NCBI GenBank assembly: GCA_029212465.1
Contig: JARGNV010000004.1
Coordinates: 41,580-105,579, forward strand
Length of the DNA stretch: 64,000 nt
DNA from: Legionellaceae bacterium
GTDB taxonomy: Bacteria > Pseudomonadota > Gammaproteobacteria > Legionellales > Legionellaceae
Direction: 5' to 3'
Shown: in pieces, positions 58,575 to 64,000 of the stretch
How the letters are laid out: the number at the start of each line of letters is the position of its first letter
Numbering within the stretch: the first letter of the stretch is position 1
Made by a program: the position numbers and the translations under genes
The notes under the pieces: model-generated
What the model saw: the letters and a program-made list of their open reading frames with translations, nothing else
Told to the model about the DNA's origin: nothing
Database searches by the model: none

Positions 58575-58580
58575 TGTTCT

Positions 58581-61064
<2,484 letters not shown>

Positions 61065-61151
61065 TCATACCAAAAAGAAGTTTAAAGTAAGCTGACAGTG
61101 TAACACGAACCAACGACAATTTATACGAGCCTTATCCCAACCTAGGGCTTG

Positions 61152-62246
61152 TCATTGATTAAATACTGAGTGCATATCCTCTAATGTTTCACGTGAAACA
61201 TTGCCTGCATTCAACTGAAAAAAAGTAATATTGTTTCCCTCAAATAGCTCTATAAACAAATTAGGCTCAATCACTGTGAAAAAAAACTGTCCTTCAATTG
61301 TTTCAAGCACTTTAAAAAAACGACCGGCATGCGCCCTATCAAGCTCTGCAGTTATATCATCAAACAAATAAGTGCAAATACCGGGTAATAACTTAGCCTG
61401 AGCAAGCTTTAATGCAATTAATATAATTTTTTGTTGACCTCTAGATAATGTTTTCTTAGCTTTGTGGCCAGTGGTTTCAAATAAGATGTCCGCTTGATGT
61501 GCTCCTGAGTGTGTGTACTGCCTTTGTATATCTAACTCAAACTGTTCATCTAATATTTGCTGTAGTGTGATACCTTTATTTTTTTTATCCCAGCCTTTAT
61601 CATAAATAATACGGCACGATAATGATGTAAGCTTTGACAGTATTACTTCAAATGCATCCGCCCAAATAGTGAAATAAGCAGCTCTAAACTCATCTAACAT
61701 TTCAGACAAACTAACCAACTGCTCATCCCATGGTGCACACTGTCGTCTAGTGACGCGCTCACGGAGTAACGCATTTCGCTGCTTTAAAACCCTCTTATAA
61801 TCTTTCCAAATTGTGTGATAATCAGGTTCCATATGAAATAGCCCCCAATCAAGCAAGCTACGTCTAACAGCGGGTCCTGCATCCATGATTTCAAAAATAT
61901 CTTGGTAAAATACCTGGCACGGCAAATATCTTGCTAAGTCACTGCTGCGTTGGCAGGTTGCCTTATTTAATCGAACAACCGTCCCCTGCTTGTTTTTTTG
62001 AATACTAACCGAGTCGCCCGTATCCATTTCACCAAAAACAGTCAAATTGGGGGCATCATATGAAACCAAAGTAAGTAACTCTCGTGAACGAAAAGAGTGT
62101 CCCGAGCCCAGTAGGTAAATCGACTCTAGTAAAGATGTCTTTCCACTACCATTAGGACCAAAGAACACATTAAACCGTTGACTCAAATCCAGGCGTGCCG
62201 CCGCAATATTTCGAACTTGATGAATATCTAAACGCGCAAGACTCAT
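61152..62246 (-). CDS. recF: DNA replication and repair protein RecF
   Basis: Walker A GPNGSGKTS and the signature LSRGQQK. dnaN-recF-gyrB order. Confidence 0.95.
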   Translation of the reverse strand: MSLARLDIHQVRNIAAARLDLSQRFNVFFGPNGSGKTSLLESIYLLGSGHSFRSRELLTLVSYDAPNLTVFGEMDTGDSVSIQKNKQGTVVRLNKATCQRSSDLARYLPCQVFYQDIFEIMDAGPAVRRSLLDWGLFHMEPDYHTIWKDYKRVLKQRNALLRERVTRRQCAPWDEQLVSLSEMLDEFRAAYFTIWADAFEVILSKLTSLSCRIIYDKGWDKKNKGITLQQILDEQFELDIQRQYTHSGAHQADILFETTGHKAKKTLSRGQQKIILIALKLAQAKLLPGICTYLFDDITAELDRAHAGRFFKVLETIEGQFFFTVIEPNLFIELFEGNNITFFQLNAGNVSRETLEDMHSVFNQ

Positions 62247-63349
62247 ATTTTCATTGGCATAATGATGTATTGGTAATTTTCATCTGCCGGAGACTCAACC
62301 AAAATACTACTATCAGTTGTTGAAAAAGAAAGTTGCACTTCTCCTTCAGGCAAAACATTCAAAACATCCAATACATAGCCTGCATTTACACCAATTTTAA
62401 GCGCCTCCCCTTCTGTTTTTGCTTCTAGCGATTCTATTGCTTCTTCTTTTTCTTGGTTATTGGCAATCAACGTTAATAAATTTGGTTGTAGATGTAAAAG
62501 TATCGCCTTTGATTTTTCGTGCGCTAAAATAACAATACGAGACAAAGCACGCTTTAATATATCTCTATCAAGACAAACAGATTTGTTTTGGCCTTGTGGA
62601 ATTGCCTTTGTGTAAGGCGGGAAGCGTGCTTCGAGCAGCTTGGATGAAAATGTATATTGCTTCGTAACCAATTTAACATGCCTTTCACCTGCAGAAAAAA
62701 CCACCGTTTCATCTGTCACTGTTTGAAGTAAACGCAGCATATCTTGAACAGCTTTTCGAGGAATCAACAAGCGATGACGTGCATTTTCCATCGTTACCGA
62801 AAAACGGTCAATTGCCATTCGGTGTCCATCTGTTGCAACAGCAGTCAGCGCTTCATCATCAAACGCTAAAAATAGCCCGTTTAAAAAAACACGTACATCT
62901 TGTTGCGACATAGCAAAGTGCGTTCGTTGAAGTACTTTTGCTAAAAGTGAGGTGGGTAAAATCAGCTCCAACTTACTGACTTCATCTTGCATATAAGGAT
63001 AATCCGCAGCTGGAAGTGTTGCCAACTTAAATGAGCTGCGCCTCTCTTGAATGGATACCACATCATCTTGATAAACAACGCGCGGAGTAGCCTTATCATC
63101 TAAAGAACGAATGATATCTAAAAATTTCTTGGCCGATACTGTAATAGCACCTTCATCAACATTTGCTTGGCATGGAATACGTGCAGTTATTTCAATTTCA
63201 AGATCAGTCGCCGTAATTGTTAAGTGCCCTTGACTCAAAGAAAATAAAAGGTGCGATAAAATAGGTAACGGTTGCTTTCTATCAAGCGCACCAGAAACCA
63301 TCAGAAGTGGATTTAATAAATCACTTTTAGCAATTGTTAATTCAAACAT
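62243..63349 (-). CDS. dnaN: DNA polymerase III beta sliding clamp
   Basis: 368 aa with a three-domain clamp-like sequence ending ...YIIMPMKI. Confidence 0.95.
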   Translation of the reverse strand: MFELTIAKSDLLNPLLMVSGALDRKQPLPILSHLLFSLSQGHLTITATDLEIEITARIPCQANVDEGAITVSAKKFLDIIRSLDDKATPRVVYQDDVVSIQERRSSFKLATLPAADYPYMQDEVSKLELILPTSLLAKVLQRTHFAMSQQDVRVFLNGLFLAFDDEALTAVATDGHRMAIDRFSVTMENARHRLLIPRKAVQDMLRLLQTVTDETVVFSAGERHVKLVTKQYTFSSKLLEARFPPYTKAIPQGQNKSVCLDRDILKRALSRIVILAHEKSKAILLHLQPNLLTLIANNQEKEEAIESLEAKTEGEALKIGVNAGYVLDVLNVLPEGEVQLSFSTTDSSILVESPADENYQYIIMPMKI

Positions 63350-63361
63350 AATATGACACCA

Positions 63362-64000
63362 CTAAGATGAAAGTATACGCATTAAATATTTATAGTCTTC
63401 TGAAAAATCCCCCCCCTCTTGAATCAGCTCTTTGATCTTTCGGCAAGCATGAATCACTGTCGTATGATCACGTCCTCCAAAGTGATCACCAATCTCAGGT
63501 AGGCTATGGTTTGTTAACTCTTTGGCAAGTGTCATCGCCATTTGACGAGGTCTTGCAATTGACCGACTACGCCTCTTAGATAATAAATCAGCCACTTTGA
63601 CCTTATAGTACTCAGCAGTGGTTTTGGTAATATTCTCAAGCGTTACTAGCTTATCCTGAAGTGCAAGTAAATCACGCAATGCTTCACTAACAAACTCTAT
63701 GGTGATCGCTTTACCTGTAAAGTGGGCATTTGCAATCACACGACGTAAAGCCCCTTCTAATTCTCGCACATTAGAGCGAATCCGTTTGGCAATGAAAAAA
63801 GCAACCTCATAAGGGAGTTCAATATTTGATCTTTCAGCTTTACTCATTAAAATAGCAACCCGCGTTTCCAATTCCGGTGGCTCAACTGCAACCGTTAACC
63901 CCCATCCGAATCGAGATTTTAATCGCTCTTCAACGCCATCAATTTCTTTAGGGTAACGATCACTGGTTAATATAATTTGCTGTTGCCCTTCAAGTAATGC
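63362..64000 (-). CDS. dnaA: Chromosomal replication initiator DnaA, truncated at its 5' end by the window edge
   Basis: The frame stays open to position 64000 (..[50 protein letters not shown]..). Domain IV is [17 protein letters not shown]. Confidence 0.95.
   Translation of the reverse strand, partial: ALLEGQQQIILTSDRYPKEIDGVEERLKSRFGWGLTVAVEPPELETRVAILMSKAERSNIELPYEVAFFIAKRIRSNVRELEGALRRVIANAHFTGKAITIEFVSEALRDLLALQDKLVTLENITKTTAEYYKVKVADLLSKRRSRSIARPRQMAMTLAKELTNHSLPEIGDHFGGRDHTTVIHACRKIKELIQEGGDFSEDYKYLMRILSS

Overview
This window looks like an origin-proximal chromosomal segment of a Legionella-like (Legionellales) gammaproteobacterium, judged only from gene content and protein sequences read by eye. 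No database search was possible. The right end carries dnaA (cut by the window edge), dnaN, recF and gyrB on the minus strand. Most of the rest is housekeeping: rho, ubiD-fre, gcvT-gcvH-gcvPA-gcvPB, polA, rpiA, the prkA-yeaH-spoVR stress operon, argR, rpoH, ftsYEX, an M16 peptidase pair, rsmD, uup, hfq, sodC, an orphan lpxD paralog, a four-gene FUSC/AaeAB-like efflux operon and a binding-protein-less ABC importer. I saw no rRNA, tRNA or CRISPR array. Five features are not explained by the ORF track. (1) A 4.3-kb module (42-4353) is bracketed by a complete 1,151-bp IS and a near-identical inverted 201-bp end remnant. It carries an unannotated 56-codon ORF, a Cys-less asparagine-synthetase/lactam-synthetase-like gene and a translationally coupled secreted DUF1566 gene. 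This is the best candidate for an undescribed system, but the function is speculative. (2) A perfect GacA/LetA-type box, a sigma70-like promoter and a cluster of hairpin-presented GGA motifs lie between an alpha/beta hydrolase gene and gyrB, suggesting an Rsm/Csr-family sRNA gene. (3) An IS4-like element with an 11-bp target duplication sits inside a bidirectional terminator hairpin, and its transposase has an in-frame amber codon at codon 17. (4) Tandem ARG-box-like sites overlie back-to-back promoters between argR and an orphan polytopic membrane protein gene. (5) Several orphan, effector-like or membrane proteins are interspersed among core genes. Many start codons are uncertain, because several track ORFs begin at TTG or GTG upstream of better ATG/Shine-Dalgarno combinations.
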